From assembly GCA_012026655.1 (NCBI GenBank), contig JAAILG010000040.1, positions 62,001 to 126,000 of the forward strand: DNA of 64,000 bases, written 5' to 3'. The notes under the pieces are model-generated. The model was given only the letters and a program-made list of their open reading frames with translations. It was not told the origin of the DNA and ran no database searches. Each line of letters opens with the position of its first letter. The stretch's first letter is position 1. The translations under genes and the position numbers were made by a program. Positions 63,578-64,000 of this stretch are shown piece by piece. The DNA comes from Hydrolagus affinis. Its lineage: Eukaryota.

Positions 63578-64000
63578 GGAGTAGACAAACTGGACTGAGA
63601 GTTCAACATTTGAAAACGTTTGTATGCCTTGAACACAGAATGCTTGCTACCTGGTGGAATATACCCTGCTTAAAAGACACAAAATGCAATAATATGGTCA
63701 GAATTTTGAAAAAAAAAACATGTGCTATTCGTCAGAGTTATTTGTTTTACAACATGCCCTGCGGTCCTTTCAGATGCAATCTACTTAAAGCTGCCTGCAC
63801 AGTAGAAACATTTACTGCAACGGTAAAAGGGTACAGTTCGCTTGTGGCTAAATGTTAATTTTTCCAACATATTGGTTGATATTTCAGACTATACTAGGAC
63901 AAAACTGCGTTTTGTAGATTAACCTCTTGTGGAAGAAATTGTCACTTTTCATCGGTCTGATGATTCTACAAGAAATAAACAGAACCGATTTTCTTCTTCC

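Overview
This is AT-rich vertebrate genomic DNA. The repeat content (tRNA-SINEs with L2-type tails, Deu-domain relics, CR1 and L2 fragments) suggests a cartilaginous fish, which is an inference. The whole window lies inside one minus-strand L1-family neural cell adhesion gene, most likely CHL1. Seven coding exons (102, 198, 71, 223, 116, 205 and 123 nt; 1038 nt, about 346 codons) have canonical AG/GT boundaries and consistent phases. They splice into FNIII domains 1-3 and the start of domain 4. The rest is intron, containing more than 20 copies or fragments of a tRNA-derived SINE in two structural forms, L2 and CR1 3' fragments, three hAT-type MITEs with 8-bp target-site duplications (TSDs), old Deu-SINE-like and LF-SINE-like relics, and a 100-N assembly gap. 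Notable observations are a furin-type RRKR site in FNIII-3, two apparent locally templated insertions, a pre-miRNA-like hairpin, a candidate poison exon, an RE1/NRSE-like site and a motif-dense candidate enhancer. I found no evidence of a new multi-gene system. Nearly all ORFs in the supplied track are spurious.
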